The notes: a model not told the origin generated them from the sequence alone. A stretch of 64,000 nucleotides of DNA from Patescibacteria group bacterium (GCA_028692765.1 JAQUWT010000001.1:15695-79694); one strand, 5' to 3'. Shown: positions 1 through 8,780, numbered from the stretch's first letter. Program-made: numbers and translations.

Positions 1-1698
1 TCCCCATTCTTTTATTTTTGCCTGTTTTTCTTCGTCGCTATAAGCATAGGCTACGCTGGTGCCTTTCTTAATTTGATAGAGAGGAGGTTGGGCGATATAG
101 ATGTGCCCCTGTTCGATTAAGGGAGCGAAATGGCGGAAGAAGAGAGTTAGAAGCAGGGTGCGGATATGAGCGCCGTCGACATCGGCATCTGTCATGATGA
201 TAATGCGGTGGTATCTTAACTTTTCTAAATCGAATTGGTCGTCGATGTTAGCGCCTAGAGCGATAATCAAATTTTTGATTTCATTATTGGCCAGCATTTT
301 GTCTAATCGCGCCCTTTCAACATTAAGGATTTTGCCGCGCAGGGGAAGAATCGCTTGGAATTTTCGGTCGCGTCCTTGCTTGGCGCTGCCACCGGCGGAG
401 TCACCCTCGACGATATAGAGTTCGCATTCTTCCGGATGGCGGCTGGAGCAGTCGGCCAGTTTTCCTGGTAAGGTCATCCCTTCTAAGGCGCCTTTGCGCA
501 AAATAGTGGCGCGGGCGGTGCGGGCCGCTAAGCGGGCTTGGGCGGACAGGACGCATTTGCCGATAATCGCTTCCGCTTCCTTCGGGTGTTCTTCTAGAAA
601 GATATTAAAAGCGTCGCCCATTATCTGTTCGACATAGCCTTTCATTTCCGCGTTGCCGAGTTTGCCTTTAGTCTGGCCTTCAAATTGAGGTTCCGGCAGT
701 TTGACGCTAACAATGGCGGTGAGGCCTTCGCGCACATCTTCGCCGCTCAAATTTTCTTGTTTTTCTTTAAGAATATTTTTGGTGCGTCCGTAATTATTGA
801 GGGTGCGGGTTAAAGCGCTGCGGAAGCCGACCAAGTGCGTGCCGCCTTCGGGGTTATGGATATTATTAGCAAAAGCAAGGACGGTTTCATTATATTCATC
901 GTTATATTGCAGGGCGACTTCAACGCGGCAGTCATTAATTTCTTTATCAATATAAAAGACGGTTTCATTTTTGACGGTTTTGCCGCGGTGCAGGGATTTG
1001 ATATATGATTTGACGCCGCCTTCGAAATGGAAGCGGTAGTGTTTTTCTCGATGGCCTTCGCGCTTATCCAAAACGTTTAGGGTAATACCTTTAGTCAGAT
1101 ATGATTGCTGGCGCAAGCGGTCAAGAATTTTGCCCCAGTTGAATTCTAATTCTGTAAAAATTGAAGCATCCGGCTTGAAGGTGATGATAGTGCCGGTGCC
1201 TTCTGTTTTGCCGATATTTTTTACCGCTCCTTGCGGGATGCCGGTTTTATATTCCTGCACCCACGCTTTGCCGTCGCGGTGCACTTCCGCTTTGAGATAT
1301 TCGCTTAAGGCATTGACCACGGAAACGCCGACGCCGTGCAGGCCGCCGGAGACTTTGTAGCCACCGCCGCCAAATTTGCCGCCGGCGTGGAGTTTGGTCA
1401 AAACTGTTTCCAAAGCGGAAAGGCCGGTCACCTTATGTTTCTCTACAGGGATGCCGCGGCCGTTATCGGCGACTTCAACTAAACGTCCGGGTAAAAGAGA
1501 GACGGAAATTTCGTTGGCATAACCAGCCATCGCTTCGTCGATACAATTATCCACTACTTCCCAAATCAAATGATGAAGGCCGGCGGCGGAAGTCGAACCA
1601 ATATACATGCCCGGGCGTTTTCTGACCGGGTCAAGGCCTTCTAAAACGGTGATGGCGTCTGCCCCATAATTACTGTTTTTTTGTTCATCTTTAGCCAT
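1..1698 (-). CDS. gyrB: DNA gyrase subunit B, N-terminal ~566 aa; the C-terminal part runs off the window edge
   Basis: The reverse-strand translation starts MAKDEQKNSNYGADAITVLEGLDPVRKRPGMYIGSTS..HHLIWEVVDNCIDEAMAGY (GHKL ATPase N-terminus). The Toprim motif DADVDGAHIRTLLLTLFFRH lies near position 100. ATG at 1698 on the minus strand. The ORF track has no entry because the gene runs off the window edge. Confidence 0.9.
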   Translation of the reverse strand, partial: MAKDEQKNSNYGADAITVLEGLDPVRKRPGMYIGSTSAAGLHHLIWEVVDNCIDEAMAGYANEISVSLLPGRLVEVADNGRGIPVEKHKVTGLSALETVLTKLHAGGKFGGGGYKVSGGLHGVGVSVVNALSEYLKAEVHRDGKAWVQEYKTGIPQGAVKNIGKTEGTGTIITFKPDASIFTELEFNWGKILDRLRQQSYLTKGITLNVLDKREGHREKHYRFHFEGGVKSYIKSLHRGKTVKNETVFYIDKEINDCRVEVALQYNDEYNETVLAFANNIHNPEGGTHLVGFRSALTRTLNNYGRTKNILKEKQENLSGEDVREGLTAIVSVKLPEPQFEGQTKGKLGNAEMKGYVEQIMGDAFNIFLEEHPKEAEAIIGKCVLSAQARLAARTARATILRKGALEGMTLPGKLADCSSRHPEECELYIVEGDSAGGSAKQGRDRKFQAILPLRGKILNVERARLDKMLANNEIKNLIIALGANIDDQFDLEKLRYHRIIIMTDADVDGAHIRTLLLTLFFRHFAPLIEQGHIYIAQPPLYQIKKGTSVAYAYSDEEKQAKIKEWG

Positions 1699-1909
1699 AG
1701 AAAGAAAAAAAATTCCTGTTTGCGGAATCGTATTTTAATAAGTTTTACTATCAATTTCTTAATCTTATTATAGCAAAATTATTTGAGTAAAGCAAACTGG
1801 CTGGAAGCTTTATTTTTAGCTAAAAATAGTTATTATTAATTAATAATTTTAGCGTTTTAAAACTCTAAAAACTAATTATTTTATGTAGATTGTTTGGCAA
1901 ACAAAAAAA

Positions 1910-1936
1910 ACTTCCGTAATGTCTGGAAGTTTTTTT
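1910..1936 (-). terminator. Rho-independent terminator downstream of the hemerythrin-like gene
   Basis: Hairpin acttcc-N9-ggaagt flanked by an A-run upstream and a T-run downstream (aaaaaaaacttccgtaatgtctggaagttttttt). It reads as a terminator for the leftward transcript. Confidence 0.6.
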
Positions 1937-1944
1937 GAGATATT

Positions 1945-2361
1945 TTATTTAACGCCGTTGGCCTGGAGGAAGGGAACGTAGGCGCGATCGGTATTATTGA
2001 TATGCCAGGTCCACCAATTTTGAAGGAATTCAGATATTTCGAAAAAAATTGCCGGGTTCTTGTCTTGATTATAGCGCTGGCGCCATTCCTCTATTTTGGC
2101 CTTATACTGTTCATGAATTTTAATATGTTCATCCTTTTTTTCATAACCGAAAAGTTGAAAATATTTTTCTTCTGTGGAGAAATGGTAGATGGCGTAATCA
2201 GCCAATTCTTGGATTACATGGTCCATCTGATTGTTTTCCGTGTATTTTTTTTCATCAACCATGGCGTAGAGCTCATTAATGAGAGCAAGGATGCGTTGAT
2301 GTTGAGCGTCAATTTCGCTGATGCCCAATTTGAATTCGTCTTTCCATTCTATTAAAGGCAT
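1945..2361 (-). CDS. Hemerythrin-like metal-binding domain protein (bacteriohemerythrin)
   Basis: 138 aa. N-terminal motif WKDEFKLGISEIDAQHQRL plus downstream H/E/D ligand pattern typical of the hemerythrin HHE cation-binding domain. Confidence 0.8.
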   Translation of the reverse strand: MPLIEWKDEFKLGISEIDAQHQRILALINELYAMVDEKKYTENNQMDHVIQELADYAIYHFSTEEKYFQLFGYEKKDEHIKIHEQYKAKIEEWRQRYNQDKNPAIFFEISEFLQNWWTWHINNTDRAYVPFLQANGVK

Positions 2362-2461
2362 ATTTTTATTTTAGTTTTTAATACTAAAATAATACCATTT
2401 TTGTAAAATAGAGTCAAAAAATAAAAATGTTTTTTTCTAGTAATTGACAATTTTTTCCTTA

Positions 2462-2489
2462 TTGACAATTATAGTTTTTATGTTATATT
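2462..2489 (+). promoter_or_regulatory. Sigma70-type promoter (TTGACA-16 nt-TATATT); a second TTGACA box lies at 2444-2449
   Basis: Exact -35 hexamer at 2462-2467 and -10 TATATT at 2484-2489 with 16-nt spacing. The predicted transcription start is about 2496-2500. Confidence 0.55.
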
Positions 2490-2523
2490 GGTTTCTGTTG
2501 TTCATTCTAAATTGTAATAATTT

Positions 2524-2763
2524 ATGCGAAGAAAAAAGCAGAAAGAGACTACCAGCGTCTTTGAAATAGCTGGCAATTTGATAAAAGGTCTAAGAACAAA
2601 AAAGGTGGTCTTGCCATCAGTTGGCAGACCTAGTAACAAAAAACGCTGCCATGAATGCAGTACCTGGTATGATGACAATCGTACTGTGTGCCCAAATGCG
2701 CACATGCATCAGCCCGCCTATCGTCCGCCCATTGGCAGACATAGGGGCAATTTTGATTTTTAA
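2524..2763 (+). other. Short transcribed unit of uncertain nature: either a 79-aa basic zinc-ribbon-like miniprotein (CHEC...CPNAH) or a structured ncRNA
   Basis: Bracketed by the promoter at 2462-2489 and the terminator at 2784-2808. The ORF lacks an SD but starts ~25 nt from the predicted TSS. The 5' end cgaagaaaaaa can pair with the 3' end tttttacttcg, and there is an internal hairpin ggtcttgcca/tggcagacc. No conserved motif of RNase P, tmRNA, SRP or 6S RNA was recognised. Confidence 0.3.
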
Positions 2764-2783
2764 AATTTTTACTTCGTTGTTTG

Positions 2784-2808
2784 CCTTCCCCCAGGGGAAG
2801 GTTTTTTA
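2784..2808 (+). terminator. Rho-independent terminator
   Basis: Hairpin ccttcccc/ggggaagg followed by the T-run tttttt. Confidence 0.75.
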
Positions 2809-2864
2809 TTAAAGGCGTCATAAATATTTGGCAATTTTTTGCTTTTGCGCTATTATTTTCTTAT

Positions 2865-3794
2865 ATGTCAAAGATTTTAGTGACTGGCGGCGCCGGCTTC
2901 ATCGGTTCCACTTTAGTTGATAAATTAATTGATTTAGGTCATGAAGTTACCGTTTTGGATAACTTAATTTCCGGCTCCCGCGATTATCTTAATCCGCGGG
3001 CGGAGTTTTGGGAAATGGATATCCTGGATAATAGTCTACGGGAGCGTTTTCAGGCAGCTGCTTTTGAGTTGGTCTATCATCTGGCCGCCCAGATTGACGT
3101 GCGGAAATCGGTGGCCGACCCGGAATTTGATAATCAAGTTAATATTTTAGGCGGTTTGAATATCCTCCAAGCTTCTCAGGCGAGCGGGGTAAAGAAAGTC
3201 ATTTTTGCTTCTACGGGCGGCGCCATTTACGGCGAGGCGGAAGAAATTCCTACCAGCGAATACGCTCCGACTTATCCGCTTTCGCCTTATGGCATCAATA
3301 AGCTGGCTTTGGAAAAATACCTTAATTATTATTATCAGGTTTTTGGTTTAAACTATACGATTTTGCGTTTTGCCAATGTTTACGGACCGCGCCAGTACAA
3401 GGGCGGAGAAGCGGGGGTGATTGCGATTTTTACGGAGGCGATGGCTCACGATAAGCCTTGCATTCTTTACGGCGACGGCAAACAGACCCGCGATTTCGTT
3501 TATGTCGATGATGTGGTAGCGGCTTTAGTTTTAGCCGGTGATATTGATTGCCGCGGCGAGATTAATATCAGCACCGCTCAAGAAGTTGATATGTGGGCGA
3601 TGGTGGCGGCGATTGAAAGCGCTGCCGGCGCCAAATTGAAATTAGAATTAGCTCCGTCTAGAGCGGGGGAGCAGCGCCGCAGCGTCTTGCTCAATCGGCG
3701 GGCGCTGGAAACTTTGAATTGGCGGCCGCAGGTGGAATTTACTGAAGGCGTGCGCCGTACTTATGAGTGGGTAAAAAACAACGGTAAAAATTAG
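2865..3794 (+). CDS. NAD-dependent epimerase/dehydratase (UDP-glucose 4-epimerase-like short-chain dehydrogenase fold)
   Basis: MSKILVTGGAGFIGS Rossmann motif, and the Y in YGINK (YxxxK catalytic pair). The ORF-track start at 2781 is an upstream extension; the ATG at 2865 is the likely start. Confidence 0.85.
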   Translation: MSKILVTGGAGFIGSTLVDKLIDLGHEVTVLDNLISGSRDYLNPRAEFWEMDILDNSLRERFQAAAFELVYHLAAQIDVRKSVADPEFDNQVNILGGLNILQASQASGVKKVIFASTGGAIYGEAEEIPTSEYAPTYPLSPYGINKLALEKYLNYYYQVFGLNYTILRFANVYGPRQYKGGEAGVIAIFTEAMAHDKPCILYGDGKQTRDFVYVDDVVAALVLAGDIDCRGEINISTAQEVDMWAMVAAIESAAGAKLKLELAPSRAGEQRRSVLLNRRALETLNWRPQVEFTEGVRRTYEWVKNNGKN

Positions 3795-3824
3795 AGCCGG
3801 TTTTTATAATCTTCTTATATTCTT

Positions 3825-4553
3825 ATGAAAATATTTATTGCTAATTGGAAAATGCAGCTTAGCCCGGAAGAATCGGTGCGGACCGCCCGAAGTTTCGCGC
3901 GTGTTTTTAAAAATTACCAAGGCCAAGCGGTGCTGTGCCCGGATTTTCTTTCTTTGGCGGCCGTTTCAAAAATTTTAGCCAAGAGCCCCCTTGTCCTCGG
4001 TTCTCAGGATTTATCCGCCTTTGAACGCGGCGCCTATACCGGGGAAATTTCTCCTGTCGATTTGCAATCTTTAGGCGTAAAATATTCTTTAATCGGCCAT
4101 AGTGAGCGTCGCGCTTATCTTCAGGAATCAGATAAATTATTGGCGGCTAAGATTAAAGCGGCGGTTAGCAACAAGATTGTTCCGGTCCTCTGCGTCGGTG
4201 AAAACGCCTTAGAAAGAAAGCAGGGTAGGGCGATGGCGGTTATTAAAGCCCAGTTGAAAGGAGCCTTGCAGTCTTTGCCGACAGCGACTTTACGCTCTTT
4301 AATTATCGCCTATGAACCGGTGTGGGCTATCGGCACTGGACTTAATTGCGACCGTGAGCAAGCTTTGCGCGTCAAGGCGACTATTAATGAATGGTGCCGG
4401 CGCGGCGGTTTTAAGAAAATTCCCGTTTTATACGGTGGCAGCGTCAAGCCGGAAAACGCCGTTTCTTTCCTGGGTAATGACGGTTTTGACGGACTCTTAG
4501 TCGGCGGTGCCAGCCTTGAGGCCTCTAGTTTTTATCAGATTGCCGCGCTTTAA
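3825..4553 (+). CDS. tpiA: Triosephosphate isomerase
   Basis: NWKM, IGHSERR, AYEPVWAIGTG and YGGSV signature motifs. Confidence 0.9.
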   Translation: MKIFIANWKMQLSPEESVRTARSFARVFKNYQGQAVLCPDFLSLAAVSKILAKSPLVLGSQDLSAFERGAYTGEISPVDLQSLGVKYSLIGHSERRAYLQESDKLLAAKIKAAVSNKIVPVLCVGENALERKQGRAMAVIKAQLKGALQSLPTATLRSLIIAYEPVWAIGTGLNCDREQALRVKATINEWCRRGGFKKIPVLYGGSVKPENAVSFLGNDGFDGLLVGGASLEASSFYQIAAL

Positions 4554-4572
4554 TTTTTTTATCATTATTATT

Positions 4573-5385
4573 ATGCTCACCACCATTGCTTGGATTTTAG
4601 CTTCTCTATCTTTAGCCGCCATTATTTTTATTATCGTCCGCAAATTTCCCTCATTGGCGATTTTGAATGTAGACAATATTCCCGGAGAGAAAGAGGCAAA
4701 ATTTAAAGAGAAAATTATCCGCCAGCGAGTGGAGCGGGATTTTAATCGTCTGGGTACCGGCTTTGACCGCTTTCGCCGTCGCGTGGGTGGCATGATTAGC
4801 GGTTTTTTAAAGCGTCATTATCAGCTTTTAAGCAAGAAGCGCGATGATTTGCGCCGACAGAAGAAGCTAAGCTTTACGGAGAAGCGGGAAAAAATTTCGG
4901 CGTTATTCAATAAAGCGAAGGCGGCTATGTCTTTGGAAAGTTATGAAGAAGCGGAAAAGCATCTGATTGAAATCATCAGTCTTGATGCCAAGCGCTTGAG
5001 CGCATTTTTGGAATTGGCGGAAAGCTACCGTCTGCGCAAGAGTTTCCGAGAAGCGAAAGAAACCTTGGAGCATGCCTTGAAGCTGGCCCAGCAATTAAGC
5101 CGCGATCCGGAAATGCTTGAGGGAATAGTCCTGGCAGAAATCAGATTTTCTCTAGCCTGGGCTTGTTTTCAATTGGGCTTGCAAGCTGAAGCTTTGGAAT
5201 ATGGGCGCCAAGCCCTTGACGCCGAGCCTAATAATCCGCGCTACCTTGATTTAATTCTGGATTTAAGTATAATGAAAAAAGATAAAAAATCAGCGCTTGA
5301 CGCTTGGGAGAGATTGGCGGCAGTTAATCCGGAAAATAATAAGCTGCCGGAATTGCGCGCCAAGGTTGAGGAATTAGCTGATTAA
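4573..5385 (+). CDS. Membrane-anchored TPR-like repeat protein (hypothetical)
   Basis: N-terminal TM helix (LTTIAWILASLSLAAIIFII) followed by helical repeats with an A/L/E-rich TPR-like pattern. ATG at 4573; the ORF-track start at 4507 overlaps tpiA. Confidence 0.5.
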   Translation: MLTTIAWILASLSLAAIIFIIVRKFPSLAILNVDNIPGEKEAKFKEKIIRQRVERDFNRLGTGFDRFRRRVGGMISGFLKRHYQLLSKKRDDLRRQKKLSFTEKREKISALFNKAKAAMSLESYEEAEKHLIEIISLDAKRLSAFLELAESYRLRKSFREAKETLEHALKLAQQLSRDPEMLEGIVLAEIRFSLAWACFQLGLQAEALEYGRQALDAEPNNPRYLDLILDLSIMKKDKKSALDAWERLAAVNPENNKLPELRAKVEELAD

Positions 5386-5394
5386 GAAGATAAA

Positions 5395-5470
5395 GCCGTT
5401 TTAGCTCAGTTGGTAGAGCATCTCCATGGTAAGGAGAAGGTCTCGGGTTCAAGTCCCGAAAACGGCTCCA
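5395..5470 (+). tRNA. tRNA-Thr (anticodon GGT), CCA encoded
   Basis: Manual cloverleaf fold. Acceptor GCCGTTT/AAACGGC, D-arm GCTCAGTTGGTAGAGC, anticodon stem TCTCC/GGAGA with loop ATGGTAA, T-arm TCGGGTTCAAGTCCCGA, then TCCA. Confidence 0.85.
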
Positions 5471-5481
5471 GAAAAGAAAGA

Positions 5482-5509
5482 AGACTGCCTTTAAAGGCAG
5501 TCTTTTTTA
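5482..5509 (+). terminator. Rho-independent terminator after tRNA-Thr
   Basis: agactgcc-tttaaa-ggcagtct followed by tttttt. Confidence 0.75.
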
Positions 5510-5521
5510 TGGGTTCGTAAC

Positions 5522-5953
5522 TTATTTTTTAAAGTATTCAATCACAGCCTCGTCGCCGTGAAGGTCAGTGATGAATTCACCATGCTCGGCCATCTCCTCT
5601 TCAAAATAATGGACATCGCTTTCAAAGAAAAAAATTTTGATAGTTGGATTTTTTTCTTTGATTTTTTTGATTACATCAAGAAGAGCTTTTTCTGCACCAT
5701 CCCAATGCATTAGGATATCATCATAGTCCATGTTCGCAGGTAGGCAGAATAGCACATCGGCTTTTTCTGCTTTTTCCCAGAAATCTTCCCGGTCATCATT
5801 TATAAAGCCTCCGATAAATTCCCAACAGAGTTTTTTCCCGGCTAATTTTTCTGTCAGGTGGTGAATAGCGCCTCCGCGGCAAAAATAATGGTTGTTGTGG
5901 TTTTTTTCTGGATATTGATTATGCCAGAAGAGTACTCTAATTTCTTTTTCCAT
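5522..5953 (-). CDS. Hypothetical protein (143 aa)
   Basis: Clean ORF with a divergent AT-rich promoter region upstream (5954-6217). No family recognised. Confidence 0.5.
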   Translation of the reverse strand: MEKEIRVLFWHNQYPEKNHNNHYFCRGGAIHHLTEKLAGKKLCWEFIGGFINDDREDFWEKAEKADVLFCLPANMDYDDILMHWDGAEKALLDVIKKIKEKNPTIKIFFFESDVHYFEEEMAEHGEFITDLHGDEAVIEYFKK

Positions 5954-6217
5954 TTTAATGAACCTTTAAGTTAGTACTGAATTTTGCCTTATTATAGAAT
6001 AAAGATTTATTTATGTCAAGCTAAGTTTTTATGGTTATTTTGTGTAATTCTAGACAAATTATTGATAACTAAGTTGATTAAGTCTATGCTATTATTGACA
6101 TAATATTAAAAAAATGATATAATTTAGGGTCTAATAAGATAGGGTTCTATGCCTATCGATTAGATTGGCCTTTGAAAATTAAATAAAAACTAACATAAAA
6201 AGGGAGAACTTGGGTGC

Positions 6218-6883
6218 ATGAAAGAAGCCCGGTTATTGAAAATGGATTTAAAGAAAATCACATCAATCGGCGGGGTAATTCTTGGCCATGAATTGGTTGA
6301 GAAATTACTCGGCCTAGTATTTGAGGGCGTCCAGAAACATGGCGCCAAATTCATCCACTCTAACATCCTCGGTCTTGGGACCAACGATGAGGCCTTATTT
6401 AATTCCGCTATTGCTTATGCCATTTTTGGCTTGGGCGCTAATCCGGAAAAAATGATTATCGTTCTTGACGTCATTAACTCTTACGGCCGCCAGTCTAAGT
6501 CTAGAATCATACAGATTATAGGCAAGGATGAGCAGAGCGTGACCATTGAAGTCCCCGCCCTAAATGAAAATAAAGAGGTAATTACCGATAAAAAGGGAAA
6601 GCCACTTTTCAAAAAAGAGACCATCGTTGCCAATGTCCGGGGGGCTCAGACGTTACATTATTGGTCGACTTTGACCAAAGAGCAGGTAAAGACTGCCATT
6701 GAGGCTGGCAATATGCACAATCCCCTTGGCGATGCTGTTGCCAGGGCTATGTCTTCTGATAACATCAAGAGGTTTTTTGCCACAACTTATGATGCGACAA
6801 AAAATGGCTATGATAGTCTCGGTAGCGAATTGTTAAGAAGAGATAATCCAATAAGCCGTTGGGCTGACAAATTTCGTAAGTAA
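6218..6883 (+). CDS. Hypothetical protein (221 aa), first gene of an SD-bearing two-gene cassette
   Basis: Strong SD GGGAGA 10 nt upstream of the ATG, which is atypical for this genome. No family recognised. Confidence 0.55.
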   Translation: MKEARLLKMDLKKITSIGGVILGHELVEKLLGLVFEGVQKHGAKFIHSNILGLGTNDEALFNSAIAYAIFGLGANPEKMIIVLDVINSYGRQSKSRIIQIIGKDEQSVTIEVPALNENKEVITDKKGKPLFKKETIVANVRGAQTLHYWSTLTKEQVKTAIEAGNMHNPLGDAVARAMSSDNIKRFFATTYDATKNGYDSLGSELLRRDNPISRWADKFRK

Positions 6884-6903
6884 AATTTAAAGGAGGTAAA
6901 AAA

Positions 6904-8103
6904 ATGATAGCATTTATAGTTCCTATAGTTATCGTGGCCTTAGCAATCGGATTGATTGTTTCGCCAACTTTTCGCCAGGGAGTGGTCACAGTAGTCACTG
7001 ATGTAGTAACAATTGTTTTCGGTGTTACCAGGCAGTATGCCTTAATAGCCGGAGTAACAATTGCCGTGATGTTTTTCTGGATGTTTTTAGCCCTTATGAT
7101 TGGTTCCCCGATATTTTCGGGCTTAGTCTTTATAGCAGCAATTGCATTTTTCTTTGTCGTATGGCTGCCATTAGGGGCTGTTCTGAAAATTTTCGGTGTC
7201 AATAACGCCGTAGTTCCCGCATCAGTAAGGTCTTTTTTTGCCTGGATGGCCTTCGTTGGTTTCATGGCAATGATGACGCCCGATGTCTTTACCTTAAAGA
7301 CAACGTTAATTGCTTCTTTGGTCGCCATATTTATGGCGATGCTAACTTCCAAGTTTAATCTGCTTGAAAAGGTAGTCCTGCCACTCGTTGTCATTATGTG
7401 TTTGATTGGCGCTTGGAAATTAATTGCCCCAGACAGTTTCAGGGCGGTTGATCGTCACCGTTTAGCAATCGGCTCTTTATTCACCACTGCTAACGATCGT
7501 GGCTCCTTAAGAAAGGAGACCCGCGCCGCTTCTACCTTTGGCAAGCTTATTAAAGACGTGCCAGTTGTCTACATGGCTAATATGAATGGAGAAGAAATCA
7601 GTCAATTAACTGAAATTCAGGTTTCTTTGCCAAAAGGAACAATTGTCCTGCTATGCGACCAAAAAAAAGAAGTTAGTATTTTCCAGGGGCAATCATTTAT
7701 TGAGGTGAGACTCCCTAATAGCAATGGTTCTTTCGTTAATGGCCAGCGTTATTGGATTGAGTCTAATCTATTGGAAATTGGCACAATGGCCAGTTTAACT
7801 CCCGCCGAAACATCACGCGAGGAAAGACGGGTTGTCCGCGATACTGTTATATCTGTATCTTTCGGTCCCGGCACTCATCAGCTTCAGTTGAAGCCCGGCC
7901 AAATAGTAAGACTGATGACCACCCCATCAAAAGATGGGTGCGGCCTGCTTTCTATGTCTTCGCCAACCTATGCCTATCAGTTTAAATTTGATGGGCACAA
8001 TTGGGAGGCTGACGGGCCGGCTGTCCAATATCCGTACATGAGGTATCCCACCTGCTTGCTTCGCTCGCAGAGCGGGGATATCTTAACTATAAAAGTGCTG
8101 TAA
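6904..8103 (+). CDS. Hypothetical integral membrane protein (N-terminal ~180 aa polytopic, C-terminal ~200 aa soluble domain)
   Basis: Perfect SD AGGAGG 7 nt upstream. Multiple hydrophobic helices (IAFIVPIVIVALAIGLIV, IAGVTIAVMFFWMFLALMIGSPIFSGLVFIAAIAFFFVVWLPL, and others). Confidence 0.55.
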   Translation: MIAFIVPIVIVALAIGLIVSPTFRQGVVTVVTDVVTIVFGVTRQYALIAGVTIAVMFFWMFLALMIGSPIFSGLVFIAAIAFFFVVWLPLGAVLKIFGVNNAVVPASVRSFFAWMAFVGFMAMMTPDVFTLKTTLIASLVAIFMAMLTSKFNLLEKVVLPLVVIMCLIGAWKLIAPDSFRAVDRHRLAIGSLFTTANDRGSLRKETRAASTFGKLIKDVPVVYMANMNGEEISQLTEIQVSLPKGTIVLLCDQKKEVSIFQGQSFIEVRLPNSNGSFVNGQRYWIESNLLEIGTMASLTPAETSREERRVVRDTVISVSFGPGTHQLQLKPGQIVRLMTTPSKDGCGLLSMSSPTYAYQFKFDGHNWEADGPAVQYPYMRYPTCLLRSQSGDILTIKVL

Positions 8104-8194
8104 AAACAGCGCTAAATCTATAGAGGTAACCATCACAGGTTGCCTCTTTTTTCTTTTTTGGGAAAATGTTATAATTAAATAAGAATTTATCTAT

Positions 8195-8560
8195 ATGAAA
8201 AAATTTATAATAGCTATTTCATTTTCTGTTTTTCTGTCGTTTAGTATTTTTTTTCCCGCTCTTGCCGGAACTTCCGCTTGCCCAAGCGGTGGCGTTTGCA
8301 TAGACAATCCTTTAGCCGCTGGCGGTATCGATTCTCCTCAAACTTTAATCGGTCGGGTTATTAATAGTATTCTGGGCGTGGTCGGTTCTTTAGCTTTAGT
8401 GATGTTTGTTTATGGCGGTTTATTATGGATGACTTCCGGCGGCAGCGCCGAACAGGTGAAAAAGGGCCGGGATATCCTTATTTGGGCGGCTATCGGCCTG
8501 GTAATCATCTTTTCCGCCTACGGTTTGGTACGTTTCGTGATTCAGGGTGTCGGCGCCTAA
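8195..8560 (+). CDS. TrbC/VirB2-like type IV secretion system pilin family small membrane protein
   Basis: Signal peptide (AGTSAC lipobox-like), then two TM segments bracketing GGLLWMTSGGSAEQVKKGRDIL. This pattern matches the T4SS pilin family common in CPR and Gram-positive bacteria. Confidence 0.55.
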   Translation: MKKFIIAISFSVFLSFSIFFPALAGTSACPSGGVCIDNPLAAGGIDSPQTLIGRVINSILGVVGSLALVMFVYGGLLWMTSGGSAEQVKKGRDILIWAAIGLVIIFSAYGLVRFVIQGVGA

Positions 8561-8591
8561 GTTATTTCATTTTTTAACAGATATTTCTTAA

Positions 8592-8626
8592 ACCGCGCGG
8601 CGCTTCAGCGATTAGCGCGGTTTTGT
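8592..8626 (+). terminator. Rho-independent terminator
   Basis: GC-rich hairpin accgcgcggcgcttcagcgattagcgcggt followed by tttt. Confidence 0.6.
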
Positions 8627-8654
8627 TTGACAATTACTGAAAATTTTATATAAT
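8627..8654 (+). promoter_or_regulatory. Consensus sigma70 promoter (TTGACA-16 nt-TATAAT) driving tRNA-Tyr
   Basis: Exact consensus hexamers at 8627-8632 and 8649-8654, about 35 nt upstream of the tRNA 5' end. Confidence 0.7.
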
Positions 8655-8689
8655 GGAAACAGCCTGGATTCAGGCGCTTTGTTTTAAAA

Positions 8690-8772
8690 GGGTCGGTACC
8701 GAAGCGGTCAAACGGGACAGACTGTAAATCTGTTGGCTCGCGCCTTCGCTGGTTCGAATCCAGCCCGGCCCA
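8690..8772 (+). tRNA. tRNA-Tyr (anticodon GTA), class II long variable arm, CCA not encoded
   Basis: Acceptor GGGTCGG/CCGGCCC, anticodon stem ACAGA/TCTGT with loop CTGTAAA, long variable arm, T-arm GCTGGTTCGAATCCAGC. Confidence 0.8.
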
Positions 8773-8780
8773 CTTGATTA

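Noticed and set aside
2002-2355. 117-aa plus-strand ORF
   Set aside because: It is antisense to the hemerythrin-like gene, which carries a diagnostic motif.
2510-2780. Assignment of the short transcript as RNase P RNA, tmRNA, SRP or 6S RNA
   Set aside because: It lacks the conserved P4 GGAAAGUCCGG motif, a tag-peptide reading frame with a tRNA-like 3' end, the SRP GGAA tetraloop helix, and the 6S central-bubble layout. It is kept only as an unclassified candidate.
4507-4572. ORF-track start of the TPR-like protein overlapping tpiA
   Set aside because: It starts at an alternative codon inside the tpiA coding end. The downstream ATG at 4573 gives a clean N-terminal TM helix without overlap.
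6765-7394. 209-aa minus-strand ORF
   Set aside because: It is antisense to the SD-bearing membrane protein gene. It has no SD, and the + frame is much longer with a coherent hydrophobic pattern.
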